NCBI GenBank assembly: GCA_963674865.2 | Contig: CAXXYE010000011.1 | Location: 288,001 to 352,000, forward strand | Direction of reading: 5' to 3' | Length of the DNA stretch: 64,000 bases | DNA from: Candidatus Hydrogenedentota bacterium | GTDB taxonomy: Bacteria > Hydrogenedentota > Hydrogenedentia > Hydrogenedentales > SLHB01 | Shown: piece after piece, positions 40,487 to 50,900 of the stretch | Position numbering within the stretch: the first letter of the stretch is position 1 | Layout of the letters: every line of letters begins with the position of its first letter | Notes under the pieces: model-generated | The model's input: only the letters and a program-made list of their open reading frames with translations | What the model was told of the DNA's origin: nothing | Database searches by the model: none | Translations under genes and position numbers: made by a program

Positions 40487-41749
40487 ATGCTGAAGACGGT
40501 CTTTGAAAACCCTTGGGTCCGTGCGGCGGGACTGGTCGTTACGCTCGCCGTGGCCGTTGTCCTGCTTTATCTTCTTAGCCCCGTGCTGGTTCCGCTGTTC
40601 TTCGCGTTTCTCGTGGCCTACATCCTTGACCCGGTTGTGGATTTCTTCGAGGCCCGGAGAATCCCCCGCGCGGCCGCCATAGGCGCCCTGGGTGTTGTGG
40701 CTGTTCTCATCATACTCAGCATCCCCCTCTTCGTGATACCCGGCCTGATCTCAGAGGCCAAGAACTTGACTGAGGCTACTCCAGCGGCCCAGGTCAATGG
40801 AGACAATACCCAGAACCCGGCCCGTGGGGAATCGCCTGAGACGGATGGCCAGAGCTCGCCCCGCAGCCGGCTGACGGGCCTGTTCGACAACCTCCTGGAA
40901 ATGCTGCCATTGGAGAAACTTGTGCGGTCGCTGGGATGGGCCGACCCCGGACAGCCTATTGACGCCCGAGCCGTTCTTGCGCAGCGCATTGGCGCCTTCG
41001 TCGAGGACAACGCCTCGAGTTTCCTTAAGTCCTATGGTATGCACATTGTCGCCGCTGGCCAAGGCGCCGGCAAAGGTTTGGCCTATCTCATGGCCGCCGT
41101 CGGCAGGCGCACGTCTGCTTTGCTCGTCTTTCTGGGCAATATGGCGATCTTCGCTTTTGTCGCAGGCTATCTGCTCAAGGATTTCGACGGGTTGCTTGCT
41201 GGCGCCCGTGAACTGGTTCCTCCCCGATACCGGCCCAAAACGCTTGATATTCTCGCCAAGATCGACGTCCAGATACGGAGCTTCCTGCGTGGCCAACTCA
41301 TTGTCTGCATTTGTCTTGGCTTGATGTACGCCCTTGGATTGCGCCTTTCCGGCGTGCCCTTCGCAGTCCCCCTCGGCCTCTTCGGCGGCGTGGCCAGCTT
41401 CGTGCCCTACCTGGGCGTCATGCTCACTGCCGGCCCGGCGCTCCTGCTGGCTTGGCTCCAGCACGGTTTTGACTGGCACGTCATTGGCGCACTTGCCACG
41501 TTCATCATTGCCCAGTCCATCGAGGGCACCATCCTGACGCCAAAGATCGTGGGCGACAAAGTGGGCCTCAACCCGGTGTGGGTCATCCTGGCCATCATGG
41601 TGTTCGGGAACGCCCTTGGCTTCCTCGGCCTGCTCCTGGCCGTGCCCGTGGCGGCGGCGCTCAAAGTACTTGTCCTCGAAGCCCTCGCGCGCTACAAGGC
41701 GTCGCCCGTCTTCGAGGGGGAAGGCTCCGAGCGCGGCTCCTCTTCCTGA
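40487..41749 (+). CDS. AI-2E family transporter
   Basis: AYILDPVV, FLRGQL, FVPYLG, IEGTILTPKIVGDKVGLNP, GFLGLLLAVP; AGGAG RBS. Confidence 0.92.
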   Translation: MLKTVFENPWVRAAGLVVTLAVAVVLLYLLSPVLVPLFFAFLVAYILDPVVDFFEARRIPRAAAIGALGVVAVLIILSIPLFVIPGLISEAKNLTEATPAAQVNGDNTQNPARGESPETDGQSSPRSRLTGLFDNLLEMLPLEKLVRSLGWADPGQPIDARAVLAQRIGAFVEDNASSFLKSYGMHIVAAGQGAGKGLAYLMAAVGRRTSALLVFLGNMAIFAFVAGYLLKDFDGLLAGARELVPPRYRPKTLDILAKIDVQIRSFLRGQLIVCICLGLMYALGLRLSGVPFAVPLGLFGGVASFVPYLGVMLTAGPALLLAWLQHGFDWHVIGALATFIIAQSIEGTILTPKIVGDKVGLNPVWVILAIMVFGNALGFLGLLLAVPVAAALKVLVLEALARYKASPVFEGEGSERGSSS

Positions 41750-42561
41750 GAAGCTTTGTCGGCGGCGCCTTTCGCCCGCTCGCGCCGGCTCTTGCGGTAG
41801 TGCTCATAGGCCGTCTCGAAGAGTCCGAACAGGACGTACGCGACGCACCCAGGGAATAGCACAATGGCGGGCGAGCGGCTGCTGGCGTAATGGAAGATGC
41901 CGATGCCGATGGCGAAGAAGGCGAGCAGCCGGAAGGCATTGCGCGGCCGCAATAGAAACATCTTGAGCTTGTCTTTGGGATACCGAACGGAGCTTACCAT
42001 GAGATAGGCCAGCACCAGAGCCAACGGGCCGAGCACCCAGAAGCCCACCGTCCGCTCGAAGTAGTGCATGAAGAGCACAAAAGTGGCCACCGTTCCCCCC
42101 GCTGCCGGGATCGGTAGGCCGATGAAGAAGTCCCGAACCTGGCTCTGGTACACGTTGTACCGGGCCAACCGCAGGGCGCCGCAGATCACGAAAATGATCG
42201 CCAGAAACGGCCCTATTCCCTCGATAATCGGGCGTCCCTGGACCTCTTCATTGAGATAGGCCGCGTAAATCAGCACGGCCGGGGCGACGCCGAAGGACAC
42301 CAAGTCGCACAGGCTGTCCAGTTGCTTGCCGAATTCCGATATGCTGTTGGTCATCCGCGCGACGGACCCATCCAAGATGTCGAACACAATGGCCGCCAGG
42401 ATGAGGTAGGCGGCCTTGGTGTAATCGCCGCGGATACTGGCGAACAAGCTCGCGATTCCGCAATACAGCCCGAAAGTCGTCAGGGCGCTGGCGATGACGT
42501 TGATAGGACGGCGCTTGATGTCCCGCCGCCTTCTGGGTTTTCTTAGTTTTATCTGCTTCAT
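41692..42561 (-). CDS. pssA: CDP-diacylglycerol--serine O-phosphatidyltransferase
   Basis: DILDGSVAR...GKQLDSLCD.VSFGVAP, LRLARYN, FIGLPIP; adjacent to psd. Confidence 0.93.
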   Translation of the reverse strand: MKQIKLRKPRRRRDIKRRPINVIASALTTFGLYCGIASLFASIRGDYTKAAYLILAAIVFDILDGSVARMTNSISEFGKQLDSLCDLVSFGVAPAVLIYAAYLNEEVQGRPIIEGIGPFLAIIFVICGALRLARYNVYQSQVRDFFIGLPIPAAGGTVATFVLFMHYFERTVGFWVLGPLALVLAYLMVSSVRYPKDKLKMFLLRPRNAFRLLAFFAIGIGIFHYASSRSPAIVLFPGCVAYVLFGLFETAYEHYRKSRRERAKGAADKASQEEEPRSEPSPSKTGDAL

Positions 42562-43208
42562 GAGAAGTGCCCTACCGGCGAACTGCCGGCCTTCACCTTA
42601 TCCTTAAGTTTCACGCAGATGTCAGTGTCCGGTGGCAAGTAAAGCTCCGTCCGCGATCCTAACTTGATCATACCGAATTTCTGGCCCTTTTCAAGCCGTT
42701 CCTCCGCTTTCGACACGCAGACGATCCGCCGGGCGATGGCCCCGGAGATCTGGCGAACGGTAACCGGCCCGAATTCCGTGTCCATCCAGACGGCGTTTGA
42801 CTCGTTCGTCTCCGTGGTTTCCGGGCGCATGGCGTTCTTGAATTGCCCAGGGGCGTAGAGGATTTTGCGGATCGTGCCCGAAGCCGGCGCGCGGTTCACA
42901 TGGACGTCGAGGACCGACAGAAAAATGGACACACGTCGGCAAGGCCCATCGTAATGAGGGGTCTCCTCAAGGTCCTCGATGCCGACGATGGCCCCATCAG
43001 CAGGGCAGACGATTCCCTGCGCGTCAGACGGGATGGCCCGCGGCGGGTCACGAAAGAAGTAAAGGGCGAACGCCCCCAAAGCCGCGACAGGTGTCCCCAC
43101 GTACCACCACCCAAAGGGTGTGCCGACAAGACTCAGAACACCTCCCACAAGGAGCAGCGGGAGATAAAACCGGGAACCTTCCCGCCACGCGCTGAAGCCT
43201 GGACTCAC
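42558..43208 (-). CDS. psd: Phosphatidylserine decarboxylase proenzyme
   Basis: FFRDP.R, PADG, IFLS..DVHVNRAP, IKLGSR cleavage motif. Confidence 0.95.
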   Translation of the reverse strand: MSPGFSAWREGSRFYLPLLLVGGVLSLVGTPFGWWYVGTPVAALGAFALYFFRDPPRAIPSDAQGIVCPADGAIVGIEDLEETPHYDGPCRRVSIFLSVLDVHVNRAPASGTIRKILYAPGQFKNAMRPETTETNESNAVWMDTEFGPVTVRQISGAIARRIVCVSKAEERLEKGQKFGMIKLGSRTELYLPPDTDICVKLKDKVKAGSSPVGHFS

Positions 43209-43903
43209 AATACATTCCTCTCTTTAAGGCTCACATGGCGTCCGTCTCCGAAGACGATGTGGTCGACCAGGCTGATGCCCAACAGCGCGCCCGCCTCCGC
43301 GAGGCGCTTTGTCAGCGCAATATCATCGCGGCTCGGCTCGGGATCGCCACTGGGATGATTATGGCACACAATCGCCGCCGCTGCGCCCTCCCGGACCGCC
43401 TGCCGGAACACATCGCGCGGCATGGCCACGGTGCCGTCGAGTCCGCCGCGCGATACGGCAACCTGCTTCAGCAGCTCGTGCTTCGTATTCAGGAGTAAGA
43501 TACGGAACTCCTCCGCCTCGCAGTCCTTGAAATGAACCATCAGCAGCTCGACCACGTCCTCCGCGCCGCGTATCTTGGTGCGGTCGCTGACACTATGAAC
43601 CGCCAGTCGCTTGCCCAACTCCAGGGCGGCCTTGATCTCGACCGCCTTGACCTTCCCCAGGCCCTTGACCTGTTGCAACTCGCTTACCGAGGCCCGCGAC
43701 AGGCCGCGTAGACCCCCGAAATGGCGGAGTACGGCATCGGCCAACGCCACGGCCCCGGCCTCTCTCGTGCCCGTGCGAAAGAGCACGGCAATAAGTTCGG
43801 CGTCCCGGAGCGCTTCCGGGCCGACACGCGCCAGCCGCTCTCGCGGCCGATCCTCCGGCGGCATCTCCCGCACTTTGGACGACAGTCTGGGACCTTCACT
43901 CAT
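43205..43903 (-). CDS. radC: RadC family protein (JAB domain)
   Basis: RPRERL, ELIAVLFRTG, HhH KGLGKVKA, HNHPSGDPEPS..D, DHIVFG. Confidence 0.95.
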   Translation of the reverse strand: MSEGPRLSSKVREMPPEDRPRERLARVGPEALRDAELIAVLFRTGTREAGAVALADAVLRHFGGLRGLSRASVSELQQVKGLGKVKAVEIKAALELGKRLAVHSVSDRTKIRGAEDVVELLMVHFKDCEAEEFRILLLNTKHELLKQVAVSRGGLDGTVAMPRDVFRQAVREGAAAAIVCHNHPSGDPEPSRDDIALTKRLAEAGALLGISLVDHIVFGDGRHVSLKERNVL

Positions 43904-43994
43904 GCCCAGTTCCTGCCGCAATCGCCGAGTAATTCGACAGTGCCGCGCACTCAGCGTCTCTAACAGACCTCATCTCTTGAGGCATACTCACCCA

Positions 43995-45032
43995 TTAGGT
44001 TAGGCCGCTCATCGTGCCAATGTCTCTGCTTCCAATGACTCGACGCGCGGCACAATTGGCAACCCGGCCACCGGGGAGCCTGCCGATAGCGACCCGCTCA
44101 ATCCCCGCCAAATCCTTGCGGAAGGCCACCTCGGAATACCCGTTCTCCTCAAGTAAGCCGCACACCTGCCTATACTGCCCCATGCCGATCTCAAAAGCAA
44201 GGAGTCCCCCCGGCGTAAGTCGCCTCCGCGCGCCCGCTACAAGCCTTCGGATCACCGCCAGGCCGTCATGCCCGGCAAGGAGCGCGCGCGGATCCTCGTG
44301 AAGGCGGATCACCGGTGACAGTTCCGGCCAGGCGTCTTCCTCGATATACGGCGGATTCGAGCAGACTACGTCGAAGGCAGGGGCATTCTCCGGAACGGCG
44401 TCAAATAGATCGCCCACTGCGAACGCGATGCGTCCCGTCAGGCCGTGGAGAGCCACATTGCGCCTGGCAAGGGCCAACCGCTCCTCGCGGATATCCGTAG
44501 CAAGCACCGAGCATTCCGGCGCATTGTGTGCGATGGCCGCGGCTACACAGCCCGTTCCTGTGCCCAATTCGAGCACTCGCGAGGCGCGTCCGCCGATGGA
44601 TTCGAGGACACACTCGACAAGATGCTCCGTTTCAGGCCGGGGAACCAATGCCGGCGGCTCGACGAAAAACCGGAGGGAGAAGAACTCCCACTCACCGAGG
44701 ATGTAGGCAATGGGCTCGTAGCTGAGGCGGCGGTCGAGCAAGGCGTCGAAACCCGTCAAGTCGCGGCTTTCCCCGAGTCGCGCAAGAAGCTGGGCTCGTT
44801 TGAGCTCCAAGAAGTGTGCCAGGAGTATCTCGGCGTCAATCCGTGGCGTGTCAGTGACTTGTGCGAGGACCTCTTCCGCGCGTGACAGGGCCTCTGCGAG
44901 GGAAGGAGTCCGGCCTGAAAACACGGTTCCTGGTGGCGTGCGGCCAGAAAGCACTTGTAAGTCCTTCTGTGTCAACACCTGGAACTCGGGGGCCCCGTTA
45001 TTCGGCGGCTTTCTGGCCGCCCCCCTAGGCAT
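43995..45032 (-). CDS. prmC: Release factor glutamine methyltransferase, with a 41-aa N-terminal repeat-derived insert
   Basis: EPIAYILG, LVPRPETE, ELGTGTG, SNPPYI; ATG overlaps the prfA stop (TGATG). Confidence 0.95.
   Translation of the reverse strand: MPRGAARKPPNNGAPEFQVLTQKDLQVLSGRTPPGTVFSGRTPSLAEALSRAEEVLAQVTDTPRIDAEILLAHFLELKRAQLLARLGESRDLTGFDALLDRRLSYEPIAYILGEWEFFSLRFFVEPPALVPRPETEHLVECVLESIGGRASRVLELGTGTGCVAAAIAHNAPECSVLATDIREERLALARRNVALHGLTGRIAFAVGDLFDAVPENAPAFDVVCSNPPYIEEDAWPELSPVIRLHEDPRALLAGHDGLAVIRRLVAGARRRLTPGGLLAFEIGMGQYRQVCGLLEENGYSEVAFRKDLAGIERVAIGRLPGGRVANCAARRVIGSRDIGTMSGLT
44904..45026 (-). mobile_element. 123-bp palindromic MITE-like element, copy A (in frame within prmC)
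   Basis: Imperfect termini AGGGGGGCGGCCAGAAA / TTTCAGGCCGGACTCCT; perfect internal 13-bp inverted repeat 44940-44952 / 45008-45020; 96/123 nt identical to copy B without gaps (hand count). Confidence 0.8.
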
Positions 45033-46111
45033 CAGGCGGACGCGGCGAGTCGTGCCGCGCGATCCGCTGCGACGAGAGCCTCGACTAACTCCTGGAACTC
45101 GCCCTGCATCACGGCATCGAGAGAGTGGAGGGTCTTGTTGATACGGTGGTCGGTTACGCGATTCTGCGGGAAATTGTACGTGCGAATGCGCTCGCTTCGA
45201 TCTCCGCTGCCGACTTGGCTCTTGCGGTCGGCGGAGCGCTGAGCGTTTTCTTCATCTTGTTTGAGGGCCAAGAGCCGCGCCCTGAGCACGGCCATAGCCT
45301 TGGCTTTGTTCTTGTGCTGCGACTTCTCATCCTGGCAGGTGACCACCAGCCCCGTCGGCTTGTGAGTGATACGGACCGCCGAGTCCGTCGTATTGACGCT
45401 CTGCCCGCCGGGGCCCGACGAGCGATAGACGTCGATCTCCAACTCACCTGGGTCGATGTGGAGGTCCACCTCTTCCGCCTCGGGCAGCAGCGCCACCGTC
45501 ACGGCCGAAGTATGGATGCGCCCCTGCGCCTCGGTGACGGGAACACGCTGCACGCGGTGGACGCCGCCCTCGAACTTCAATCGGCTGTAGACGCTCTCCC
45601 CCACTACCCGAAAGATGATTTCCTTGAATCCGCCGATCCCCGTCGGATGGGAACTCAGGACCTCTACCTTCCAGCTCTGTAGTTCCGCGAAGCGACTATA
45701 CATCCGGAACAGGTCGGCCACGAAGAGGGCCGCCTCATCTCCCCCGGTTCCCGCCCGAATCTCGACGATGGAGTTCTTCTCATCATTCGGATCTTTGGGA
45801 AGCAGGAGGATCTTGAGCCGGCTCTCGAGGCGTTCGAGTTCCGCCTCATGCTCCTCCCGCTCATGCTCCGCCATCTCCCGGAGTTCCGCGTCGCTCTCTT
45901 CCTCGAGGATCTCCCGCGCCTGGCGCGCGTGATCCTCATGCTCCCGGTACTCCCTGAAACACCGGACGACCTCCTCCAACTCCGCCTGCGTCTTGGCGAG
46001 ACGCGCGTACTCACGCGGATTCGAGGCGATCTCGGGCTGGGACATCTGCTCAGACAGGCGCTCGTACTCCTGCGCCACGTTGCAGAGCTTCTCTCGTACT
46101 ACCGGCTCCAT
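45032..46111 (-). CDS. prfA: Peptide chain release factor 1
   Basis: [18 protein letters not shown] (PxT), [18 protein letters not shown]. Confidence 0.98.
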   Translation of the reverse strand: MEPVVREKLCNVAQEYERLSEQMSQPEIASNPREYARLAKTQAELEEVVRCFREYREHEDHARQAREILEEESDAELREMAEHEREEHEAELERLESRLKILLLPKDPNDEKNSIVEIRAGTGGDEAALFVADLFRMYSRFAELQSWKVEVLSSHPTGIGGFKEIIFRVVGESVYSRLKFEGGVHRVQRVPVTEAQGRIHTSAVTVALLPEAEEVDLHIDPGELEIDVYRSSGPGGQSVNTTDSAVRITHKPTGLVVTCQDEKSQHKNKAKAMAVLRARLLALKQDEENAQRSADRKSQVGSGDRSERIRTYNFPQNRVTDHRINKTLHSLDAVMQGEFQELVEALVAADRAARLAASA

Positions 46112-46116
46112 GAGGA

Positions 46117-46326
46117 TCAGGTCTTGGTGGTTCTGCCGTACTTGCGGTTGAACCGCTCGACGCGTCCCTCACTGTCGATGAACTTCTGCTTGCCCGTGTA
46201 GAACGGATGGCACGCGGAGCAGATTTCCACGTTGATCTCAGGCTTCGTCGAGCGTGTCTCGAAGGTACTGCCACACGCACAGGATACCTTCGTGGTGACG
46301 TACTCCGGGTGGATTTCCTTCTTCAC
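46117..46326 (-). CDS. rpmE: 50S ribosomal protein L31 (zinc-binding type)
   Basis: [31 protein letters not shown] start after AAGGAG. Confidence 0.97.
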   Translation of the reverse strand: MKKEIHPEYVTTKVSCACGSTFETRSTKPEINVEICSACHPFYTGKQKFIDSEGRVERFNRKYGRTTKT

Positions 46327-46555
46327 AATGCATCTCCTTGCTATGGATATCGGCCCGCGCGACGCGGCACGCGTCCGGGCCGTCATAAGTCACCTGGAAT
46401 CAGGCAACAACAGAACCTCCCAAACCGCGAAACTATACCATATCTCCGCAAATGCCCGCAAACGTTCTTAGCGGCGCATACTCGTACATGTTCTCGTAGT
46501 CGCCACGCTCATGAAATACCGCGCAGGAACAGGCACGACGAGCGGTGTTTTCAGG

Positions 46556-46636
46556 TGCCCTGAAAGGGCAACGCATGCCAGCCCGGCGCAACGCGCCGGG
46601 ACCGTTCAATCACTATGGCCGAGCCCTGAAAAGGGC
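46556..46636. repeat. Cluster of three short REP-like hairpins
   Basis: TGCCCT-GAA-AGGGCA; CCCGGCGC-AAC-GCGCCGGG; GCCCT-GAAA-AGGGC. Confidence 0.6.
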
Positions 46637-46814
46637 GTGACAACCTGTTGCCTGTGCCGAGGACCTGCTTCAACCACAGGTGAACACCGATGAACTCAGA
46701 TCACTGCCCCCATCCGATCCTGCGAATCCCGTCCAGGGAACACATCGCAAGGAACCTCGGGCTCTACCGGGGAGTTTTCACCTGATGCCGTGCTCTGTGC
46801 AGACGTTTCATGTC

Positions 46815-46843
46815 TTGCCATCACCACCGGCGACTGTTATCAT
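46815..46843 (+). promoter_or_regulatory. Sigma-70 promoter of the nucleotidyltransferase operon
   Basis: TTGCCA-17 bp-TATCAT with extended TG. Confidence 0.6.
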
Positions 46844-46883
46844 TTCGCTACGTCGCGGCTAGAGCCCGGAACTTTTAGCCTCT

Positions 46884-46916
46884 GTTATTCGGTGACTTTC
46901 TGGCCGCACCCCCAGG
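46884..46916 (-). mobile_element. Truncated copy C of the 123-bp element (left end only)
   Basis: Reverse complement CCTGGGGGTGCGGCCAGAAAGTCACCGAATAAC versus copy A CCTAGGGGGGCGGCCAGAAAGCCGCCGAATAAC. Confidence 0.75.
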
Positions 46917-46929
46917 GGAGGAGTGGAAG

Positions 46930-47901
46930 GTGCAGATCAAGAAAGCAGTTATAACGGCGGCCGGGCGGGGGGTCAGGATGTATCCCGCGGCGGATACCGT
47001 CCAGAAGGGCATGCTGCCCGTCGTGGATCGGGACGCTCTGTCCAAGCCGGTGATACAGATCATCGCGGAAGAGGCTATCGAGAGCGGTATCGAGGAGATC
47101 TGCATCGTCTGTGCTCCTGACGACGAGCGGCACTACCTGCGCCAGCTCAAGTCGCTGCGGGAGAACCTCCTTGTGGCGTACAAGGGCATTGACTGGGCGC
47201 AAAACCAAGCCGAGAGGCTCGATAATGTCTTGCGCCGGTTGCGCTTCGTGGCCCAAGCCGAGCCGATGGGCTACGGCCACGCGGTCTACTGCGCGAAGGA
47301 CTTCGTCGGCAAGGAGCCCTTCCTCCTGCTCTTGGGCGATCACCTCTACGTCTCCGACTTACCCGGCGAGCGGTGCGCGGAGCAGGTGCTCAGGCTCGCA
47401 ACGCAGCAGGAATGCGCCGTTGCCGCCGTTCACCCAACGCGCGAGCACCTCGTGGGGCGCTACGGCACCCTATTCGGGAAGCGCGTGCCGGAGCATCCCG
47501 GCGTCTACCAGATCGAAAAGATCATCGAGAAACCTTCCCTGAGTGTCGCGGAATTGGAGCTCATCACGCCGGGCCTCCGGGCGGGCTTCTACCTTTGCTT
47601 CTTCGGGATGCACGTCCTGCCCCACACGCTCTTCACTCTCCTTGAAAAGCAGATCTCCCGGAAAGAGAGAGCTAATGGCGAGTTCCAGTTGACGCCCGCC
47701 CTCCAGGACCTTGCCCGCCAGGAGAAATATCTGGCGCTCGAGGTGCAAGGCTCGCGCTACGACATCGGCGCGAAGTTCGGCCTATTGCAGGCTCAGATTG
47801 CCTTGGCGATGGCGGGACGCGACTCGGAGCAAGTCCTCACTACCATCGTGGAACTGCTCGCCGAGGCGCAGGCAAGACGGGGCGGTGACGCGAATGGCTG
47901 A
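46930..47901 (+). CDS. GalU-like sugar-phosphate nucleotidyltransferase
   Basis: KKAVITAAGRGVRMYP...K.MLPVVD, Q.EP.GYGHAV, LLLGD, IIEKP, QLTPAL, RYDIG. Confidence 0.88.
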   Translation: MQIKKAVITAAGRGVRMYPAADTVQKGMLPVVDRDALSKPVIQIIAEEAIESGIEEICIVCAPDDERHYLRQLKSLRENLLVAYKGIDWAQNQAERLDNVLRRLRFVAQAEPMGYGHAVYCAKDFVGKEPFLLLLGDHLYVSDLPGERCAEQVLRLATQQECAVAAVHPTREHLVGRYGTLFGKRVPEHPGVYQIEKIIEKPSLSVAELELITPGLRAGFYLCFFGMHVLPHTLFTLLEKQISRKERANGEFQLTPALQDLARQEKYLALEVQGSRYDIGAKFGLLQAQIALAMAGRDSEQVLTTIVELLAEAQARRGGDANG

Positions 47902-50900
47902 GTCATCACCCTTCGTCGAGACGATTACCACGGATAATCCGGAGCGGCGCAACCAGCCGTTTCTTTCCCTATGCGAAGGCTTCTCCGCGGCCCAATTGCT
48001 TGTCCAGTGCGACGCCCTCGAGACCTTTCGGCGCGGCTCAGACAACCTCTACGAGCGCGTTCGGGCCTGTCTGTTCCTTTACGGCATCCATCGCTTCCGC
48101 CTCATGGAATCGCCCGACGTAAGCACCGTCGGCACAATACCCTACGAAGGTTTCGAGGACCTATTGGCGCGGCGCTTCGAGGAAGCGATTCACTGCTTCC
48201 GCGTCGCCCTGAGCGCGAATGGCCCCAATGGAGCCCTTTGCAGCGCCCTCGCCGCAAGTTACCACGAACTGGCCTTTCAGACGCTGGCCGACCAGGTGCG
48301 ACGGAGCGTCCGGGCGAGCCGGGGCAACCAGTGGATGTTCCGCGTCGGCCACGCCGAAGACCATCCCGTGCGCGTCCGGCCCGAGTTGCTCGAACGCCCC
48401 GAAGGGGCGCTTCTCTATCCGATTCTCGTCGAGAAGACGCCTGTGCGCCTCGACCTGAGCCACAGCGGGTGGTCGGACATCTTCTTCCTGGGGATGGACT
48501 TCCCGGAATGCGCCCGCGTCCTCAACATCTCGGTGGATCTCGGCGTACATGGACGCGACACAGTCTGTCGCCCCCCCGTCGAAGCTTATGTCCGAGTGAT
48601 CTCGGAGCCCGTCCTGCGGCTGACAAGTGTGGACCTGGGCTGCACGAAAGACATTCGCGACCTGAACGACCTCTACAACTTCGGCAACGATTACCTCGGC
48701 CTGCTCAAGGCGGGCGTCATTGCCTCGGGCGTCATTCCGCCCTCCTTCGAGGGCACGAATCAACCGATCGACGCCATCCTTTCCCGCGTGGTGGGGCCGC
48801 GCATGGGACTCGAACTCGTTACCAAGGTCAACGACATTCCCAAGGGCTCGCGCCTCGCCGTCTCCACGAACCTCTTAGCCTGTATCGTGGCCGCTCTGAT
48901 GCGCGCCACCGGCCAGACGCAGGCAATGACGGGCGGACTCACCGAGAGCGAACGCCGCCTCGCCGCCTCGCGCGCTATCCTTGGCGAATGGCTTGGAGGC
49001 TCCGGCGGCGGCTGGCAGGATTCGGGCGGCGTGTGGCCGGCGATGAAGGTTATCCAGGGCGCGGCGGCGAAGGAAGGCGATCCGGAGTACGGCGTCAGCC
49101 GTGGCCGCCTCCTCCCCGAACACAAGATCCTGGGAGATGCCGAGCTGCACCCCGAGATCGCCGCGCGGCTGACGGCGTCACTCGTCCCCATCCACGGAGG
49201 CATGGCGCAGAACGTCGGCCCCATCCTGGAAATGGTTACTGAGAAGTACCTCCTGCGCGGCAAATCCGAATGGGAAGCGCGTTTGGCCATGCGCGGAATC
49301 TTCGACAACATCCTTGAAGCGCTTCGCTCCGGCGATGTTCGCACCGTCGCGGCCAACACGATGGACAACTGGATCGGCCCGCTTAAGACGATCATTCCAT
49401 GGATCACAAGTCGCTTCACCGAAACCATCATTGAGCGGGCCGCGGCCAAGTACGGCCGGGATTTCTGGGGATTCCTGATGCTTGGCGGCATGTCGGGCGG
49501 CGGCATGGCCATGTTTGTGGCCCCCGAGCGCCGCGATGCCTTCCGCGACGATGTCCTCGGCATCATGCGCACCACCAAGCGTGAACTCGAGGACGCCCTT
49601 CCCTTCGCCATGGACCCGATTGTCTACGATTTCAGCATCAACGAGACCGGCACATCGGCCTCCATGCTTCACGGGGAAGACGCCATTATGCCCGCGCGCT
49701 ACCACGCGGTGCAGATCCCCGAACTCGTTCATCACGATCCGGGCGCTCTTCCCTACTTGCGCCGCGTCGAACTCGACCATTTCACGGCCCACTGCGATAA
49801 GCCGGAGGACACATTCACCATCCTTCGTACCATGGTGGGCCATCTATTCCGCGTCACCAATCCTGCCACGCAGACCGAGCGTCTGCAATGGGACAGGGAG
49901 GCGGCGCGCATCAAGGAAGAGAACGGCTTCGACGCTATCCAGCACGGCCAATTCCGCGCCGACCTGCGCAGCGGCCGCATCGGCCTCGCCCGCAACCGCC
50001 TCCCGGTGGACACGGATATCGAGGATGTACGCGAGGGCGACGTAGTTGTCATGCGCGGCGATTCCCATGCCCGCGCCTGTGGCGAAACCGCTCTGCGCGA
50101 AGGCCGCGTTGCCGTGCTTTCCCTCGGCGGCGGCGTCGGCAGTCGATGGACCACCGGCGCCGGTGTCGTCAAAACGGTGAATCCCTTCGTCTCGCTGGCG
50201 GGAAAACACCGAAGCTTCCTGGAAATCCATCTCGCCAAGACCCAGCGGGCGGCAGCGCGATATGACGCCGTCCTCCCCCATATTGTCACCACGAGTTTCC
50301 TGACAGACGCTCCCGTCAAGAAACACCTGGCGCTGAATGATAACTACGGCTATGCCGGGCCGCTATACCTCTCCCCAGGCCGCTCGATAAGCCAACGCTT
50401 GGTGCCCATGGTTCGCGATCTCGTCTTTCTCTGGGAGGAGATGCCGCAGGAGACGCTTGACGAGCAGAAGCAGAAAGTGCGCGAGGCCATCCGGGGCGCC
50501 CTCATGGAGTGGGCCCGCGACAAAGGCGAAGGTAGCGATTACGAGGACAATGTCGCCGTGCAGCGCTTCAATCCGCCCGGACACTGGTACGAGGTGCCCA
50601 ACCTTTTCCGCAACGGCGTGCTCGCCGAGCTGTTGACGGAGTGCCCCCAGGTCGAAACCATCATGCTCCACAACATCGACACCCTCGGCGCGGACCTCGA
50701 CCCCGAGCCCCTGGGCATTCACCTTGAACGCGGCAACGTACTGACCTTTGAGGTCGTCCCGAGGCGTATCGACGACCGCGGCGGCGGTCTCGCCCGCGTC
50801 AATGGACGGCCACGGCTTCTCGAAGGATTGGCCCAGCCCCGTGAAGAGGACGAGTTCCGGCTGCGCTACTACAACTCCATGACGACTTGGATTCAGGTCG

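Noticed and set aside
43205..43903. radC as a marker of a mobile or anti-restriction element
   Set aside because: Full-length HhH plus JAB form within housekeeping context
47971..49242. 423-aa Arg/Pro-rich + strand ORF
   Set aside because: Alternative frame of the kinase-fusion gene with typical GC off-frame composition
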